Assembly: GCA_902776605.1 (NCBI GenBank)
Contig: CACYQQ010000005.1
Span: 1-37,845, forward strand
Direction of reading: 5' to 3'
DNA length: 37,845 nt
Source: an uncultured Bacteroidales bacterium
GTDB lineage: Bacteria > Bacteroidota > Bacteroidia > Bacteroidales > UBA3663
Shown here: positions 35,521 through 37,845 of the stretch, in pieces
Layout: each line of letters opens with the position of its first letter
How positions within the stretch are numbered: position 1 is the stretch's first letter
Position numbers and translations under genes: made by a program
The notes under the pieces: generated by a model
Seen by the model: only the letters and a program-made list of their open reading frames with translations
Told to the model about the DNA's origin: nothing
The model's database searches: none

Positions 35521-37845
35521 TTACCATCTATAGTTAATATTCAGGAAAGCATTGACAGCGTTGGCATAGTAGTACTTCGAGTTCTTGGAGAACTTGTAGG
35601 CCTTGTCCAATCCCTTGGAGCCATCGCCCGTACCATAAGAATTATAATAGCTGTCGTCGCGGTTCTGCTCGTAGCCACCCGTACGCATGTTGGTATTGTT
35701 GGTGACATTCTGTACCTGGAGGTTGATGCTCATCGAACGGCTGTGGCGCATACGGATGTACTTGCCGACCGAGAGGTCGAGCATGAAGCCAGGATGGAAC
35801 TTCTCTTGCTGAGCACCATAGATGCGCTTCACCTTACCTGTAGAAGAATCCCACAGCACAGCACCATTCTCACGAATGCTCTGCTCGCTCACGCCATAGA
35901 CAGGCAGACCCTCGGCATTGATGCTGGTGTTGGTGTAGTTCTCCATGATATTGGTGAGACGACGATACTGTGAGAATCCACAATAGACACGGTCGAACCA
36001 GTTGAGGTTGGCCTCGAAGAAATAGCCGTTGACGCTGTACTCGGCACCGATGTTCAAAGCGGTGAGAGGAGTGCTTCCAACATGCATACCATCGGCGGCA
36101 ACGCGAAGTTGCTCACGCTCGCCAGTCACAGGGTTCTTCCATACATTGACCTTGGCATTGTCTTTGGCCGACATACCCTGCGTGTTCAACTGAGCATAAG
36201 GGTTGTTGGTGTAAAGGGCCTGGTTCCAAGTACCCATGGCATGGATAGAGAGGTTCGAGAGCAACTGATATTCCAATGCTGCCTCGATGCCATAATGCTC
36301 CTTGCTAACCTTGCTCATGGTGAGGTAGGTGAAAGCCGAATAGGCATCGTTGAAGAAAGCGGTCTGTTCTACCTGATTGCGCATGCCGATATAATAACCC
36401 GATACGGTGGCGGTCAAGTCGCCATAACGCATCTGCCAGTTGGCGTCGAAGCTGTAGATATCTTCCAAGGTGAGGTTATCGACATAGTTGTTCTGGATGC
36501 GGGGTGCGACAAAGGCATTGCGTGCCAATGGTGCTTTCTTTTCGTACGAAGCACCGACCACGAAGCGGTTGTTGGCATCCAGTCGATAGCCATACTCGGC
36601 CTTGACGGCACCGCCCAGGAACTTCGCCCAGCCCGACTTGCCGTACGAGAGGTCGTGGTTCACGCCATTCTCGTCGATGACCTGACCTTGTCCATTCTGC
36701 ATCAAGCCGTTACGCTGCATCTGTGTACCTGTCAGGTGACCCTGCAAGTTGAACGACTGTGCACCTGCATTGTACTGATACTGAGCCCAAAGCTGCGCCA
36801 TGTTGACCAGAATCTCGTAGTCGTAGCCGAAGCGGTCGTCCTCCTTCACCAAGCGGTTGGGGTGACGCATGTCGCTCTGAGCGATGTCCGAGCGCATTCC
36901 GTAGTCTCCGGCCGCAAACTTGTCGATATCGGTGAAACGCTTGGCACCCAAAAGGTCGGCCATGGTCTTGTAGTGCATACCCTTGGTGGCATTGAGTTGA
37001 ATGCCGGCATTGAGTCGCTGGTGAGCCGTCAAGCTGTGGTTCAACGTGGTCGATAAGGCCCAAACCTGCTGGTCGTTGTGACGACGCTCCTGGTAGTAGA
37101 GTGCCTCGCCGCCGTTGGCATCGCTCTGACGGTTAATATAATAGAGGCGGTCCCAGTTAATCTGACGGTTGGCCTTGGACGAGATCCAATAGTCCTTCAT
37201 TGTATTGTATTGCTCCAACAGGAACGGATTGTTCTCCAGATAAGTACCGTTGTTCTTCTCGGGGTCATAGACATTGAACACACTCGAAGGCAGGTTCTTG
37301 TAGTAGTCCGGACGGGGGTCGTAGGCCTCGCCGGCAAAGCTCAGAGCCGTGCTGCTGTACATGGCATACTTGTAGCCAAGCACGGTGCTCAACTTGCTGT
37401 CCTCGTTGATGTCCCAATCCCACGAGAGGATTCCCGTAGGCTCGTAGTCGTTGACGACGCGGGCATTACGTTTCTTGCCATCCTGATAACCCCAGTTCGG
37501 GTTATAGTAGTGCGAGTTGGCCAACCAATAGGCCTCCTCGGTCGAAGCACCTTGCTGGGCGCGCTCGGTCGGAGCACCAAAGGTGACGAAGTTGAAAGTA
37601 TGGTCGCCCAACACTTTCTCGGCCGTCAGGAGGTAACTCAATGAGTTATAGAAGGTTCCCTCGATGACACCCTCCGAGGCACCACGGTAACCGATAGTGC
37701 CGCCGAACGACCAACCGTTGAGCAACTGGCCGGTGCCGAAAGTATAGATGGCGCGGTACTTGTAGTTGCGGTTGCAGGCGGTGAGGGTGAACTTCTGTCC
37801 TTGCTGCATACGGCTGGCGCGGAGCAAGGTGTTGCTGCCACCGCC
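35521..37845 (-). CDS. TonB-dependent outer-membrane receptor (5' end beyond the window)
   Basis: Frame open to the window edge; beta-barrel pattern, YYNPNWGYQDGKKRN, late NVTN motif, C-terminal aromatic residue (NINYRW). Confidence 0.88.
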   Translation of the reverse strand, partial: GGGSNTLLRASRMQQGQKFTLTACNRNYKYRAIYTFGTGQLLNGWSFGGTIGYRGASEGVIEGTFYNSLSYLLTAEKVLGDHTFNFVTFGAPTERAQQGASTEEAYWLANSHYYNPNWGYQDGKKRNARVVNDYEPTGILSWDWDINEDSKLSTVLGYKYAMYSSTALSFAGEAYDPRPDYYKNLPSSVFNVYDPEKNNGTYLENNPFLLEQYNTMKDYWISSKANRQINWDRLYYINRQSDANGGEALYYQERRHNDQQVWALSTTLNHSLTAHQRLNAGIQLNATKGMHYKTMADLLGAKRFTDIDKFAAGDYGMRSDIAQSDMRHPNRLVKEDDRFGYDYEILVNMAQLWAQYQYNAGAQSFNLQGHLTGTQMQRNGLMQNGQGQVIDENGVNHDLSYGKSGWAKFLGGAVKAEYGYRLDANNRFVVGASYEKKAPLARNAFVAPRIQNNYVDNLTLEDIYSFDANWQMRYGDLTATVSGYYIGMRNQVEQTAFFNDAYSAFTYLTMSKVSKEHYGIEAALEYQLLSNLSIHAMGTWNQALYTNNPYAQLNTQGMSAKDNAKVNVWKNPVTGEREQLRVAADGMHVGSTPLTALNIGAEYSVNGYFFEANLNWFDRVYCGFSQYRRLTNIMENYTNTSINAEGLPVYGVSEQSIRENGAVLWDSSTGKVKRIYGAQQEKFHPGFMLDLSVGKYIRMRHSRSMSINLQVQNVTNNTNMRTGGYEQNRDDSYYNSYGTGDGSKGLDKAYKFSKNSKYYYANAVNAFLNINYRW

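Overview
Chromosomal window from a Bacteroidales bacterium (Prevotella/Alloprevotella-like), inferred from TAnnTTTG promoters, the long Bacteroidetes-type EF-Ts and the rplM-rpsI-rpsB-tsf order. Left to right: a GH43 fragment; an AT-rich MBOAT/DHHW O-acylation island; folA and rlmI; a sugar locus (beta-helix glycosidase, GH31, corrinoid methyltransferase fusion, Na+/solute symporter); rseP-dxr-M23 facing ispD; a repeat-rich 1 kb spacer; an LRR lipoprotein; tRNA-Pro, tsf, rpsB, rpsI and an internally deleted rplM; two permeases; an orphan gene; and a TonB/lipoprotein/nuclease DNA-utilisation locus. The best candidate for an undescribed system is a 961-aa protein joining a URO-D-like methyltransferase, a homocysteine S-methyltransferase and a B12-binding domain, with no folate-binding domain, encoded among glycosidases and a sugar symporter. 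This suggests O-methyl-sugar demethylation coupled directly to methionine synthesis. Other highlights are a two-state structured leader RNA, a DnaA-box-like cluster, a covarying intergenic repeat module and several unannotated structured RNAs. All calls are from motif recognition by eye; no searches were run.
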